Made by a program: the position numbers and the translations under genes. From Escherichia coli (lineage in GTDB: Bacteria; Pseudomonadota; Gammaproteobacteria; Enterobacterales; Enterobacteriaceae), in assembly GCF_001677475.2 (NCBI RefSeq), contig NZ_CP015229.1: a DNA stretch of 64,000 nt; one strand, 5' to 3'. Position 1 is the first letter of the stretch; each line of letters opens with the position of its first letter. The notes beneath the pieces were generated by a model, which had not been told where the DNA came from, ran no database searches, and was given only the letters and a program-made list of their open reading frames with translations. This document shows positions 10,250 through 23,144 of this stretch, in pieces.

Positions 10250-10789
10250 TTACTGCATAACAGGTTGAATGTCGTGGATACGTACAAAGCCTAACTGATC
10301 CACAGAAATGCCCTTTAACTGTAACGGAATATCAACATCGCTGGGGGCGAGGACGCTGGCAGGGGCGTTAATCAATTGATTCTGCACATTGATTTCCTGA
10401 AAGTTGTCTATTGTTCCCTGAATTTGCCCATATTCAACAGTTCCGCTGAATGCGGGCAAGGGATCATTCGACTCGCCCTCAATACGTAGCGTCAGGGTGG
10501 TGCCATCTGTATCAGGCGTAATATTCACCAGCGACATACGTAAAGTACCGATCTGGCTTTCCAGTCTTGCTGGTGTTTTCGCTCCAGGCAGAAGGTAAAC
10601 CCCACTGCTGGATTTTGCATTCAGCCTGTTTTGCTGAGTGATTTTGACCGTTTCTTTATTGAGTTGCGTCATCTCCTGGTTCAGTGTGCTGACGCTGTGT
10701 TTCATCTGTCGCACTTCGCTTTGCTGCACACAGGCGCTAAGGCTGAACAAGCTTCCCAGCAGGAGCAGTCGAAAAACGTTAGTATTCAT
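10250..10789 (-). CDS. yajI: Lipoprotein YajI
   Basis: ORF trimmed to MNTNVFRLLLLGSLFSLSAC (lipobox LSAC); 179 aa. Confidence 0.9.
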   Translation of the reverse strand: MNTNVFRLLLLGSLFSLSACVQQSEVRQMKHSVSTLNQEMTQLNKETVKITQQNRLNAKSSSGVYLLPGAKTPARLESQIGTLRMSLVNITPDTDGTTLTLRIEGESNDPLPAFSGTVEYGQIQGTIDNFQEINVQNQLINAPASVLAPSDVDIPLQLKGISVDQLGFVRIHDIQPVMQ

Positions 10790-10903
10790 AGGTCGTCCCT
10801 TTCTCGTCGCAATTAGCCTAATGGTAGAGGGTAAAAGCAGCGAAAGCATCGATCCTTTATCTCAAAAGCGTTGCGCCTTTGTTGTATCGTCAGTTCAGGG
10901 TAA

Positions 10904-11389
<486 letters not shown>

Positions 11390-11392
11390 GCC

Positions 11393-12496
11393 GTGCAGGA
11401 CGAGTATTACATGGCGCGGGCGCTAAAGCTGGCGCAACGAGGACGTTTTACCACGCATCCCAACCCGAATGTCGGGTGCGTCATTGTCAAAGATGGCGAA
11501 ATTGTCGGTGAAGGTTACCATCACCGTGCTGGTGAACCACACGCCGAAGTACATGCGTTGCGTATGGCTGGAGAAAAAGCCAAAGGTGCGACTGCGTATG
11601 TGACACTCGAACCTTGCAGCCATCACGGCCGTACGCCGCCTTGCTGTGATGCATTAATTGCCGCAGGTGTGGCGCGCGTGGTTGCCTCGATGCAAGATCC
11701 TAACCCGCAGGTCGCTGGACGTGGACTTTACCGTCTGCAACAGGCTGGCATTGACGTCAGCCACGGGCTGATGATGAGTGAAGCCGAGCAATTGAATAAA
11801 GGCTTTCTCAAGCGGATGCGCACTGGCTTTCCTTATATCCAGTTAAAACTTGGCGCATCGCTTGATGGTCGCACGGCGATGGCGAGCGGTGAGAGCCAGT
11901 GGATCACTTCGCCTCAGGCGCGGCGCGATGTACAACGTCTGCGTGCGCAAAGTCATGCCATTTTAACCAGTAGCGCCACGGTGCTGGCGGACGATCCGGC
12001 CTTAACGGTGCGTTGGTCTGAACTGGATGAACAAACTCAGGCGCTCTATCCGCAACAAAATCTCCGCCAGCCGGTACGCATCGTCATTGACAGTCAGAAT
12101 CGCGTGACGCCGGAACACCGCATCGTGCAGCAGCCAGGCGAGACCTGGTTTGCCCGAACGCAGGATGACACCCGCGAGTGGCCGGAAACAGTGCGCACTT
12201 TGCTGATCCCGGAACATAATGGGCATCTGGATTTGGTTGTGCTGATGATGCAACTGGGCAAGCAACAAATTAATAGTGTGTGGGTAGAGGCGGGGCCAAC
12301 GCTCGCTGGCGCACTGCTACAGGCTGGTTTAGTCGATGAGCTGATTGTCTATATCGCACCTAAACTTTTAGGTAGCGACGCCCGTGGATTATGTACGCTG
12401 CCAGGGCTTGAGAAATTAGCTGACGCCCCCCAATTTAAATTCAAAGAGATACGTCATGTAGGCCCGGATGTTTGCCTGCATTTAGTGGGTGCATGA
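11393..12496 (+). CDS. ribD: Bifunctional riboflavin biosynthesis deaminase/reductase RibD
   Basis: 367-aa ORF, GTG start, [17 protein letters not shown]..., with the HAEVHAL...[11 protein letters not shown] deaminase motif. Confidence 0.95.
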
Positions 12497-12584
12497 TCTC
12501 CCGGCTCGAAAGGGAAGCAGCGCACGAAATATTATGCTAAAATCCGCCCCCCTGCGGGGCCATACTCGAACCCGAAGGAAAAAA

Positions 12585-13055
12585 ATGAACATTATTGAAG
12601 CTAACGTTGCTACCCCGGACGCTCGCGTCGCCATCACCATTGCGCGTTTCAACAACTTTATCAATGACAGCCTGCTGGAAGGTGCGATTGACGCACTGAA
12701 ACGTATTGGTCAGGTAAAAGATGAAAACATTACCGTTGTTTGGGTGCCAGGTGCCTATGAGCTGCCGCTGGCGGCGGGTGCACTGGCTAAAACCGGTAAA
12801 TACGATGCGGTGATCGCGCTGGGTACGGTTATTCGTGGTGGCACTGCCCACTTTGAATACGTCGCTGGAGGTGCAAGCAACGGCCTGGCGCATGTTGCCC
12901 AGGACAGCGAAATTCCGGTTGCTTTTGGGGTTCTGACCACTGAAAGCATTGAACAAGCGATCGAACGTGCTGGCACCAAAGCTGGCAACAAAGGTGCAGA
13001 AGCTGCACTGACCGCGCTTGAAATGATTAATGTATTGAAAGCCATCAAGGCCTGA
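12585..13055 (+). CDS. ribE: 6,7-dimethyl-8-ribityllumazine synthase
   Basis: ORF 12489..13055 trimmed to [18 protein letters not shown]...; 156 aa. Confidence 0.93.
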
Positions 13056-13074
13056 AATTAGTAAGGGGAAATCC

Positions 13075-13494
13075 GTGAAACCTGCTGCTCGTCGCCGCGC
13101 TCGTGAGTGTGCCGTCCAGGCGCTCTACTCCTGGCAGTTGTCCCAGAACGACATCGCTGATGTTGAATACCAGTTCCTGGCTGAACAGGATGTAAAAGAC
13201 GTTGACGTCCTGTACTTCCGTGAGCTGCTGGCCGGGGTGGCGACTAATACCGCATACCTCGACGGACTGATGAAGCCATACCTGTCCCGCCTGCTGGAAG
13301 AACTGGGACAGGTAGAAAAAGCAGTACTGCGCATTGCGCTGTACGAGCTGTCTAAACGTAGCGATGTGCCGTACAAAGTGGCCATTAACGAAGCGATCGA
13401 ACTGGCGAAATCGTTCGGCGCAGAAGACAGCCATAAGTTCGTCAATGGCGTACTGGATAAAGCAGCACCTGTGATTCGCCCTAACAAAAAGTGA
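13075..13494 (+). CDS. nusB: Transcription antitermination factor NusB
   Basis: 139-aa ORF, GTG start, [21 protein letters not shown]... Confidence 0.95.
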
Positions 13495-13508
13495 TATCCA
13501 GGCCGGCA

Positions 13509-13560
13509 GAGTAACGGAAAAACAGTTCCGCACTCGCCGGCCTTTTCTTTTTTACCTGCT
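13509..13560 (+). terminator. Putative terminator after nusB
   Basis: Nested hairpin aggccggc ... gccggcct followed by ttttctttttt. Confidence 0.5.
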
Positions 13561-13572
13561 GAGGCATAACGT

Positions 13573-14550
13573 ATGGCATGTGGCGAGTTCTCCCTGATTG
13601 CCCGTTATTTTGACCGTGTAAGAAGCTCTCGTCTTGATGTCGAACTTGGCATTGGCGACGATTGCGCACTTCTCAATATCCCCGAGAAACAGACCCTGGC
13701 GATCAGCACTGATACGCTGGTGGCGGGCAACCATTTCCTCCCTGATATCGATCCTGCGGATCTGGCATATAAAGCACTGGCGGTAAACCTAAGCGATCTG
13801 GCAGCGATGGGCGCCGATCCGGCCTGGCTGACGCTGGCATTAACCTTACCGGACGTAGACGAATCGTGGCTTGAGTCCTTCAGCGACAGTTTGTTTGATC
13901 TTCTCAATTATTACGATATGCAACTCATTGGCGGCGATACCACGCGTGGGCCATTATCAATGACGTTGGGTATCCACGGCTTTGTTCCGATGGGACGAGC
14001 CTTAACGCGCTCTGGGGCGAAACCGGGTGACTGGATCTATGTGACCGGTACACCGGGCGATAGCTCCGCCGGGCTGGCGATTTTGCAAAACCGTTTGCAG
14101 GTTGCCGATGTTAAAGATGCGGACTACTTGATCAAACGTCATCTCCGTCCATCGCCGCGTATTTTACAGGGGCAGGCACTGCGCGATCTGGCAAATTCAG
14201 CTATCGATCTCTCTGACGGTCTGATTTCCGATCTCGGGCATATCGTGAAAGCCAGCGACTGCGGCGCACGTATTGACCTGGCATTGCTGCCGTTTTCTGA
14301 TGCGCTTTCTCGCCATGTTGAACCGGAACAGGCGCTGCGCTGGGCGCTCTCTGGCGGTGAAGATTACGAGTTGTGTTTCACGGTGCCGGAACTGAACCGT
14401 GGCGCGCTGGATGTGGCTCTCGGACATCTGGGCGTACCGTTTACCTGTATCGGGCAAATGACCGCCGATATCGAAGGGCTTTGTTTTATTCGTGACGGCG
14501 AACCTGTCACGTTAGACTGGAAAGGATATGACCATTTTGCCACGCCATAA
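13573..14550 (+). CDS. thiL: Thiamine-monophosphate kinase
   Basis: 325-aa [19 protein letters not shown]... Confidence 0.95.
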   Translation: MACGEFSLIARYFDRVRSSRLDVELGIGDDCALLNIPEKQTLAISTDTLVAGNHFLPDIDPADLAYKALAVNLSDLAAMGADPAWLTLALTLPDVDESWLESFSDSLFDLLNYYDMQLIGGDTTRGPLSMTLGIHGFVPMGRALTRSGAKPGDWIYVTGTPGDSSAGLAILQNRLQVADVKDADYLIKRHLRPSPRILQGQALRDLANSAIDLSDGLISDLGHIVKASDCGARIDLALLPFSDALSRHVEPEQALRWALSGGEDYELCFTVPELNRGALDVALGHLGVPFTCIGQMTADIEGLCFIRDGEPVTLDWKGYDHFATP

Positions 14551-15046
14551 AGATGTCGCGAAAAGTCGCCTGAAGATGAGTAATCCGTGGCATCTGCTTG
14601 CTGTCGGATTCGGAAGTGGATTAAGCCCAATCATTCCTGGCACGATGGGATCGCTGGCGGCGATTCCGTTCTGGTATCTGATGACCTTTTTGCCCTGGCA
14701 GCTCTATTCGCTGGTGGTGATGCTGGGGATCTGTATCGGTGTGTATCTTTGTCATCAAACGGCGAAAGACATGGGCGTGCACGATCACGGCAGCATTGTC
14801 TGGGACGAATTTATTGGTATGTGGATCACGCTCATGGCGCTGCCGACCAATGACTGGCCGTGGGTCGCCGCCGGGTTTGTGATTTTCCGTATCCTGGATA
14901 TGTGGAAACCGTGGCCGATCCGCTGGTTTGATCGCAATGTACATGGCGGCATGGGGATCATGATCGATGATATTGTCGCTGGGGTGATTTCTGCTGGAAT
15001 ACTCTATTTTATCGGCCATCACTGGCCGATGGGTATTCTGTCGTAG
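14528..15046 (+). CDS. pgpA: Phosphatidylglycerophosphatase A
   Basis: 172-aa ORF overlapping the thiL 3' end by 23 nt; [31 protein letters not shown]... Confidence 0.93.
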   Translation: MTILPRHKDVAKSRLKMSNPWHLLAVGFGSGLSPIIPGTMGSLAAIPFWYLMTFLPWQLYSLVVMLGICIGVYLCHQTAKDMGVHDHGSIVWDEFIGMWITLMALPTNDWPWVAAGFVIFRILDMWKPWPIRWFDRNVHGGMGIMIDDIVAGVISAGILYFIGHHWPMGILS

Positions 15047-15123
15047 GCCGAATAAGGCGTTCACGCCGCATCCGGCGGTTGCGCACTGATGCCTGATACG
15101 ACGTGAACGCCTTATCAGGCCTG
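15047..15123. repeat. REP element pair between pgpA and yajO
   Basis: gccgaataaggcgttcacgccgcatccggc ... gcctgatacgacgtgaacgccttatcaggcc, inverted REP palindromes. Confidence 0.7.
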
Positions 15124-15128
15124 GATAT

Positions 15129-16103
15129 CTATTTAAATCCTACTATCGGATGGGATTTATACGGCGTTTCCAGTTCGGCAATCTGCTCTGGTTTTAGCGT
15201 GATATCCACCGCGTTCAGCAACTCATCAAGCTGTTCTTCCCGCGAAGTTCCGATAATCGGCGCGGCAATGCCCGGTTTGCTCAATAGCCACGCCAGCGCC
15301 ACTTGTGCTCGCGTAGCCCCCAATTCTTCACTCACGCCCGTTAATCGTTCTGCAATCTGCGCGTCATTTTCGTCGCTTTCGTTGTAGAGATTTTTTCCTA
15401 CTTCATCGGAAACTAATCGTGCGGTGGTTTCTCCCCACGGACGAGTCAGACGGCCCCGCGCCAGCGGGCTCCACGGAATCACCGCTACGCCTTCCTGATA
15501 ACACAGCGGCAGCATCTCGCGCTCTTCTTCACGATAAATCAGATTGTAGTGATCCTGCATACTGACAAACTGCGCCCAGCCGTGCTGTTTTTGTAGTTCC
15601 AGTGCTTGAGCAAACTGCGAAGCGTGCATGGATGACGCGCCGATATAACGCGCTTTCCCGGCTTTTACCACATCGTTCAGGGCTTCAAGCGTCTCTTCGA
15701 TCGGCGTGTTGTAATCCCAGCGATGGATTTGCAGGATATCGACATAATCCATACCGAGACGACGCAGGCTGTCGTCAATAGAGCGCAAAATTTGTGCGCG
15801 GGATAATCCTTCCGGCAAATCACCGACACGATGGAATACTTTGGTGGCAACGACCACGTCTTCACGACGGGCGAAATCCCGTAGTGCGCGACCGACGATC
15901 TCTTCGCTGCTGCCGTCAGAATAACTGTTGGCGGTATCAAAGAAATTTATGCCGCCTTCCAGCGCACGTTTGATGATTGGACGGCTGCTCTCTTCCGGCA
16001 GTGTCCATGCGTGATTACCGCGATCTGGCTCGCCAAAGGTCATACAGCCAAGGCAAAGTCGGGAAACGCGAAGGTCGGTTTTTCCTAAGGGGTTGTATTG
16101 CAT
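15129..16103 (-). CDS. yajO: Aldo-keto reductase YajO
   Basis: 324-aa ORF, MQYNPLGKTDLRVSRLCLGCMTFG... Confidence 0.93.
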   Translation of the reverse strand: MQYNPLGKTDLRVSRLCLGCMTFGEPDRGNHAWTLPEESSRPIIKRALEGGINFFDTANSYSDGSSEEIVGRALRDFARREDVVVATKVFHRVGDLPEGLSRAQILRSIDDSLRRLGMDYVDILQIHRWDYNTPIEETLEALNDVVKAGKARYIGASSMHASQFAQALELQKQHGWAQFVSMQDHYNLIYREEEREMLPLCYQEGVAVIPWSPLARGRLTRPWGETTARLVSDEVGKNLYNESDENDAQIAERLTGVSEELGATRAQVALAWLLSKPGIAAPIIGTSREEQLDELLNAVDITLKPEQIAELETPYKSHPIVGFK

Positions 16104-16157
16104 GCTGCCACTCCTGCCATGAATAATTTCTTAAGCATAGCAGGAGTGGAGTAGGGA

Positions 16158-18020
16158 TTATGCCAGCCAGGCCTTGATTTTGGCTTCCATACCGGCGGCA
16201 TCGAGGCCGAGTTCGGCGCGCATTTCTTCCTGCGTTCCTTGTGGAATAAAGAAGTCAGGCAGGCCAATGTTCAGCACGGGTACTGGTTTACGATGGGCCA
16301 TCAGCACTTCGTTCACGCCACTGCCCGCGCCGCCCATAATGGCGTTTTCTTCAACGGTGACCAGCGCCTCATGGCTGGCGGCCATTTCCAGAACTAACGC
16401 TTCATCAAGCGGTTTCACAAAACGCATATCGACCAGCGTAGCGTTCAGCGATTCAGCGACTTTCGCCGCTTCTGGCATCAGCGTACCAAAGTTAAGGATC
16501 GCCAGTTTCTCGCCACGACGCTGCACGATGCCTTTGCCAATCGGCAGTTTTTCCAGCGGCGTCAGCTCCACGCCGACGGCATTGCCGCGCGGATAGCGCA
16601 CCGCTGACGGCCCCTCGTTATAGTGATAGCCGGTATGGAGCATTTGGCGACATTCGTTTTCATCGCTCGGGGTCATAATGACCATTTCCGGAATGCAGCG
16701 CAGGTAAGAGAGATCAAACGCGCCCTGATGGGTTTGACCGTCAGCACCAACAATGCCCGCGCGGTCGATGGCGAACAGAACCGGTAGCTTTTGAATCGCC
16801 ATGTCATGCAGTACCTGATCATAGGCGCGTTGCAGGAAGGTGGAGTAGATCGCCACGATTGGTTTGTACCCCCCAATCGCCAGACCCGCAGCAAAGGTCA
16901 CTGCGTGTTGCTCGGCAATTGCCACGTCGAAGTAGCGATCCGGGAATTTACGAGAAAACTCAACCATACCGGAACCTTCACGCATCGCCGGAGTAATCGC
17001 CATCAGCTTGTTATCTTTCGCTGCCGTTTCGCACAACCAGTCGCCAAAGATTTTTGAATAGCTTGGTAAACCGCCGCTACTTTTCGGCAGACAACCGCTG
17101 GAGGGATCAAATTTAGGCACGGCGTGGAAGGTGATTGGGTCTTTTTCTGCCGGTTCATAACCACGACCTTTTTTGGTCATGATATGCAGAAACTGCGGGC
17201 CTTTCAGGTCGCGCATGTTCTTAAGCGTAGTGATTAGCCCCAGCACATCGTGACCGTCAACCGGGCCGATGTAGTTAAAGCCCAGCTCTTCAAACAACGT
17301 GCCAGGCACTACCATGCCTTTAATATGTTCTTCGGTACGTTTGAGCAGCTCTTTAATGGGTGGCACGCCAGAGAAAACTTTTTTCCCGCCTTCGCGCAGT
17401 GAAGAGTAAAGCTTACCGGAAAGCAGCTGCGCCAGATGGTTGTTGAGCGCGCCGACATTTTCGGAAATCGACATTTCATTGTCGTTAAGGACAACCAGCA
17501 TATCAGGACGGATATCACCCGCATGGTTCATTGCTTCAAACGCCATGCCAGCGGTAATCGCGCCATCGCCAATGACACAGACGGTGCGGCGATTTTTGCC
17601 TTCTTTCTCGGCAGCAACCGCAATACCAATTCCGGCACTGATGGAGGTTGATGAATGCCCGACGCTTAATACGTCATATTCGCTTTCGCCGCGCCACGGG
17701 AACGGATGCAGGCCGCCTTTCTGACGGATGGTGCCGATTTTGTCGCGGCGTCCGGTCAAAATTTTATGCGGATAAGCCTGATGCCCTACATCCCAAATCA
17801 ATTGGTCAAACGGGGTGTTGTAGACATAGTGCAGCGCCACGGTCAGTTCGACCGTGCCCAGCCCGGAGGCGAAGTGCCCGCTGGAACGGCTCACGCTGTC
17901 GAGTAAATAGCGGCGCAGTTCGTCGCAGAGTTTCGGTAAACTCTCTTTCGGCAACAGTCGTAACTCCTGGGTGGAGTCGACCAGTGCCAGGGTCGGGTAT
18001 TTGGCAATATCAAAACTCAT
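16158..18020 (-). CDS. dxs: 1-deoxy-D-xylulose-5-phosphate synthase
   Basis: 620-aa [39 protein letters not shown]..., with a thiamine-diphosphate binding motif. Confidence 0.96.
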   Translation of the reverse strand: MSFDIAKYPTLALVDSTQELRLLPKESLPKLCDELRRYLLDSVSRSSGHFASGLGTVELTVALHYVYNTPFDQLIWDVGHQAYPHKILTGRRDKIGTIRQKGGLHPFPWRGESEYDVLSVGHSSTSISAGIGIAVAAEKEGKNRRTVCVIGDGAITAGMAFEAMNHAGDIRPDMLVVLNDNEMSISENVGALNNHLAQLLSGKLYSSLREGGKKVFSGVPPIKELLKRTEEHIKGMVVPGTLFEELGFNYIGPVDGHDVLGLITTLKNMRDLKGPQFLHIMTKKGRGYEPAEKDPITFHAVPKFDPSSGCLPKSSGGLPSYSKIFGDWLCETAAKDNKLMAITPAMREGSGMVEFSRKFPDRYFDVAIAEQHAVTFAAGLAIGGYKPIVAIYSTFLQRAYDQVLHDMAIQKLPVLFAIDRAGIVGADGQTHQGAFDLSYLRCIPEMVIMTPSDENECRQMLHTGYHYNEGPSAVRYPRGNAVGVELTPLEKLPIGKGIVQRRGEKLAILNFGTLMPEAAKVAESLNATLVDMRFVKPLDEALVLEMAASHEALVTVEENAIMGGAGSGVNEVLMAHRKPVPVLNIGLPDFFIPQGTQEEMRAELGLDAAGMEAKIKAWLA

Positions 18021-18044
18021 CAGGGGCCTATTAATACTTATTGT

Positions 18045-18944
18045 TTATTTATTACGCTGGATGATGTAGTCCGCTAGCGCTTCCAGTGCCGAGGTATCGA
18101 GTGACTGTTCAGCCAGTTGTTTCAGCGACTGACGGGCATCGTCGATCAGATCCCGGGCTTTCTTCCGGGCTTGCTCAAGACCCAGAAGTGCAGGGTAGGT
18201 ACTTTTACCAAGTTGCTGATCGGCACCCTGGCGTTTTCCTAACGTTGCAGTATCTCCTACCACATCCAGGATGTCATCCTGAACCTGGAAGGCAAGGCCG
18301 ATGCTCTCTGCGTACTTGTCGAGTACTGGCAGAGCACGACGTCCTTTATCTCCGGCGCTTAATGCACCAAGGCGAACGGCGGCGCGAATCAATGCGCCGG
18401 TTTTATGACGATGAATACGCTCGAGTGCGTCCAGAGGTACGTGTTTGCCTTCCGCATCTAAATCTAATGCCTGACCACCGCACATTCCGGCAATACCGCT
18501 GGCGCTCGCCAGTTCAGAAATCATCGAAATTCTGTCGCGGTCCGACACTTCCGGCATATCGGCATCGCTTAAAATCGAGAACGCCAGCGTTTGTAAAGCG
18601 TCGCCAGCGAGAATCGCGTTTGCTTCGCCAAACTTCACATGGCAGGTTGGCAAACCGCGACGCAGATCGTCATCATCCATTGCCGGTAAATCATCATGAA
18701 TTAATGAGTAAGCGTGGATACACTCTACGGCGGCAGCGGGTGCGTCCAGCGTGTTTGTGCTAACGCCGAACATATGACCGGTGGCATAAACCAGGAAAGG
18801 TCGCAGGCGCTTACCACCTAATAATGCGCCATACTGCATGGTTTCGACCACGGGAGTGTTCTGAAAGGGCAGTGGGGCGATAAAACGGCTCAGCGCCTGG
18901 TTGGCCTGCTTAACGCAGGCTTCGAGTTGCTGCGGAAAGTCCAT
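18045..18944 (-). CDS. ispA: Farnesyl diphosphate synthase
   Basis: 299-aa [24 protein letters not shown]..., with DDLPAMDDDDLRRG and FQVQDDILD aspartate-rich motifs. Confidence 0.96.
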   Translation of the reverse strand: MDFPQQLEACVKQANQALSRFIAPLPFQNTPVVETMQYGALLGGKRLRPFLVYATGHMFGVSTNTLDAPAAAVECIHAYSLIHDDLPAMDDDDLRRGLPTCHVKFGEANAILAGDALQTLAFSILSDADMPEVSDRDRISMISELASASGIAGMCGGQALDLDAEGKHVPLDALERIHRHKTGALIRAAVRLGALSAGDKGRRALPVLDKYAESIGLAFQVQDDILDVVGDTATLGKRQGADQQLGKSTYPALLGLEQARKKARDLIDDARQSLKQLAEQSLDTSALEALADYIIQRNK

Positions 18945-19186
18945 TACTCATTGTCCGGTGTAAAAGGGGTTAGAGAGGCGTCTTCATTGTCAGACAGCAG
19001 AATTTGTACGCGCTGTTCGGCTTGTTGTAATTTGGCCTGCCCCTGACGTGCCAGCTGCACGCCGCGTTCGAACTCGTTCAGCGCCTCTTCCAGCGGCAGG
19101 TCGCCACTTTCCAGACGGGTTACAATCTGTTCCAGCTCGCTCAGCGCCTTTTCAAAGCTGGCGGGCGCCTCATTTTTCTTCGGCAT
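18944..19186 (-). CDS. xseB: Exodeoxyribonuclease VII small subunit
   Basis: 80-aa [39 protein letters not shown]...; stop overlaps the ispA start by 1 nt. Confidence 0.95.
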
Positions 19187-19391
19187 AATGAATGTCTGAC
19201 TCTCAATATTTTTCGCCCCGTCATGGTAACGGACTCAGGGCAAATAGCAAATAACGCGCAATGGTAAGGTGATGTGCGCAGCAAAGCGATGTTAGTGGTA
19301 TACTTCCGCGCCTGGATGCAGCCGCAGGTGTGGGCTGCTGTATTTTTCCCTATACAAGTCGCTTAAGGCTTGCCAACGAACCATTGCCGCC

Positions 19392-20840
19392 ATGAAGTTT
19401 ATCATTAAATTGTTCCCGGAAATCACCATCAAAAGCCAATCTGTGCGCTTGCGCTTTATAAAAATCCTTACCGGGAACATTCGTAACGTTTTAAAGCACT
19501 ATGATGAGACGCTCGCTGTCGTCCGCCACTGGGATAACATCGAAGTTCGCGCAAAAGATGAAAACCAGCGTCTGGCTATTCGCGACGCCCTGACCCGTAT
19601 TCCGGGTATCCACCATATTCTCGAAGTTGAAGACGTGCCGTTTACCGACATGCACGATATTTTCGAAAAAGCGTTGGTTCAGTATCGCGATCAGCTGGAA
19701 GGGAAAACCTTCTGCGTACGCGTGAAGCGCCGTGGCAAACATGATTTTAGCTCGATTGATGTGGAACGTTACGTCGGCGGCGGTTTAAATCAGCATATTG
19801 AATCCGCGCGCGTGAAGCTGACCAATCCGGAAGTGACTGTCCATCTGGAAGTGGAAGACGATCGTCTTCTGCTGATTAAAGGCCGTTACGAAGGTATTGG
19901 CGGTTTCCCGATTGGCACCCAGGAAGATGTGCTGTCGCTCATTTCTGGTGGTTTCGACTCCGGCGTTTCCAGTTATATGTTGATGCGTCGCGGCTGCCGC
20001 GTGCATTACTGCTTCTTTAACCTTGGCGGCGCGGCGCATGAAATTGGCGTGCGTCAGGTAGCGCATTATCTGTGGAACCGCTTTGGCAGCTCCCACCGCG
20101 TGCGTTTTGTCGCTATTAATTTCGAACCGGTCGTCGGGGAAATTCTCGAGAAAATCGACGACGGTCAGATGGGCGTAATCCTCAAACGTATGATGGTGCG
20201 TGCCGCGTCTAAAGTGGCTGAACGTTACGGCGTACAGGCGCTGGTCACTGGCGAAGCACTGGGCCAGGTGTCCAGCCAGACGCTGACCAACCTGCGCCTG
20301 ATTGATAACGTCTCCGACACGCTGATCCTGCGTCCGCTGATTTCTTACGACAAAGAGCACATCATCAACCTGGCTCGCCAGATTGGCACCGAAGACTTTG
20401 CTCGCACGATGCCGGAATATTGTGGCGTGATCTCCAAAAGCCCGACGGTGAAAGCGGTTAAATCGAAGATTGAAGCGGAAGAAGAGAAGTTCGACTTCAG
20501 CATTCTCGATAAAGTGGTTGAGGAAGCGAATAACGTTGATATCCGCGAAATCGCCCAGCAGACCGAGCAGGAAGTGGTGGAAGTGGAAACCGTCAATGGC
20601 TTCGGCCCGAACGACGTGATTCTCGATATCCGTTCTGTCGATGAACAGGAAGATAAGCCACTGAAAGTCGAAGGGATTGATGTGGTTTCTCTGCCGTTCT
20701 ATAAACTGAGCACCAAATTTGGCGATCTCGACCAGAACAAAACCTGGCTGCTGTGGTGTGAGCGCGGGGTGATGAGCCGTCTGCAGGCGCTCTATCTGCG
20801 CGAGCAGGGCTTTAACAATGTGAAGGTATATCGCCCGTAA
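19392..20840 (+). CDS. thiI: tRNA 4-thiouridine synthase / thiazole sulfur carrier ThiI
   Basis: 482-aa [25 protein letters not shown]..., with the [12 protein letters not shown]-loop. Confidence 0.96.
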   Translation: MKFIIKLFPEITIKSQSVRLRFIKILTGNIRNVLKHYDETLAVVRHWDNIEVRAKDENQRLAIRDALTRIPGIHHILEVEDVPFTDMHDIFEKALVQYRDQLEGKTFCVRVKRRGKHDFSSIDVERYVGGGLNQHIESARVKLTNPEVTVHLEVEDDRLLLIKGRYEGIGGFPIGTQEDVLSLISGGFDSGVSSYMLMRRGCRVHYCFFNLGGAAHEIGVRQVAHYLWNRFGSSHRVRFVAINFEPVVGEILEKIDDGQMGVILKRMMVRAASKVAERYGVQALVTGEALGQVSSQTLTNLRLIDNVSDTLILRPLISYDKEHIINLARQIGTEDFARTMPEYCGVISKSPTVKAVKSKIEAEEEKFDFSILDKVVEEANNVDIREIAQQTEQEVVEVETVNGFGPNDVILDIRSVDEQEDKPLKVEGIDVVSLPFYKLSTKFGDLDQNKTWLLWCERGVMSRLQALYLREQGFNNVKVYRP

Positions 20841-20852
20841 TTTGTAGTTTTT

Positions 20853-20881
20853 ACGTCGCATCTGGTCAGATGCGACGTTTG
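20853..20881. terminator. Hairpin between convergent thiI and yajL (likely bidirectional terminator)
   Basis: Perfect 12-bp inverted repeat acgtcgcatctg / cagatgcgacgt followed by ttt. Confidence 0.6.
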
Positions 20882-20893
20882 CCGCATCCGACA

Positions 20894-22358
<1,465 letters not shown>

Positions 22359-22400
22359 TGTTCCTCCTCACCCGCAACCACTCCGGGTGTTCAATAAGGC

Positions 22401-22448
22401 TATCCCTTAATTGTGCATGCTGTTGCGACTATGCACAATTAAGGGATA
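22401..22448. promoter_or_regulatory. Perfect 18-bp inverted repeat in the panE/yajQ divergent intergenic region
   Basis: tatcccttaattgtgcat (22401-22418) and its exact reverse complement atgcacaattaagggata (22431-22448) around a 12-nt spacer. Confidence 0.5.
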
Positions 22449-22525
22449 CGTCCTGGTGCAGGACTGTTGGTTATTTAACTTTGCAGGTATTATGCTTCGC
22501 ATCAAAAATGAAGGGAGAGGAAAAG

Positions 22526-23017
22526 ATGCCATCTTTCGATATTGTCTCTGAAGTTGATCTTCAGGAAGCACGTAACGCGGTCGATAACGCGAGCCGCGAA
22601 GTGGAGTCCCGTTTTGACTTCCGTAATGTTGAAGCCTCATTTGAGCTGAACGACGCCAGCAAAACCATCAAAGTGTTGAGCGAGTCCGATTTCCAGGTCA
22701 ATCAGTTGCTGGATATTCTGCGTGCCAAGCTGCTGAAGCGCGGCATTGAAGGCAGTTCGCTGGATGTACCGGAAAATATCGTTCATAGCGGTAAAACCTG
22801 GTTTGTGGAAGCGAAACTGAAACAGGGCATTGAGAGCGCGACCCAGAAGAAAATCGTCAAGATGATCAAAGACAGCAAACTGAAAGTGCAGGCGCAAATT
22901 CAGGGTGATGAGATCCGCGTAACGGGTAAATCTCGTGATGATTTGCAGGCTGTCATGGCGATGGTACGTGGTGGCGATCTCGGTCAGCCGTTCCAGTTCA
23001 AAAACTTCCGCGATTAA
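22526..23017 (+). CDS. yajQ: Nucleotide-binding protein YajQ
   Basis: ORF 22358..23017 trimmed to [21 protein letters not shown]...; 163 aa; AGGGAGAGG Shine-Dalgarno region just upstream. Confidence 0.92.
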
Positions 23018-23053
23018 TCGCGACAATGTGCGTTTTGTTCATGTCAGATGCGG

Positions 23054-23138
23054 CATGAACGCCTGATTCGGCCTACAAAGGTTTATAACTCAGGAACTTT
23101 GTAGGCCTGGTAAGCGTAGCGCAGCAGGCAATTCGCCT
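23054..23138. repeat. REP element pair between yajQ and yajR
   Basis: gatgcggcatgaacgcctgattcggcctac and tgtaggcctggtaagcgtagcgcagcaggc, REP-like palindromes; coordinates approximate. Confidence 0.6.
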
Positions 23139-23144
23139 CGTTTT

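Noticed and set aside
17648-18034. 128-aa Arg-rich + strand ORF overlapping the dxs 5' end
   Set aside because: Antisense to dxs; an Arg/Ser/Gly-rich translation is typical of the GC-rich complementary frame and gives no sign of a real gene.
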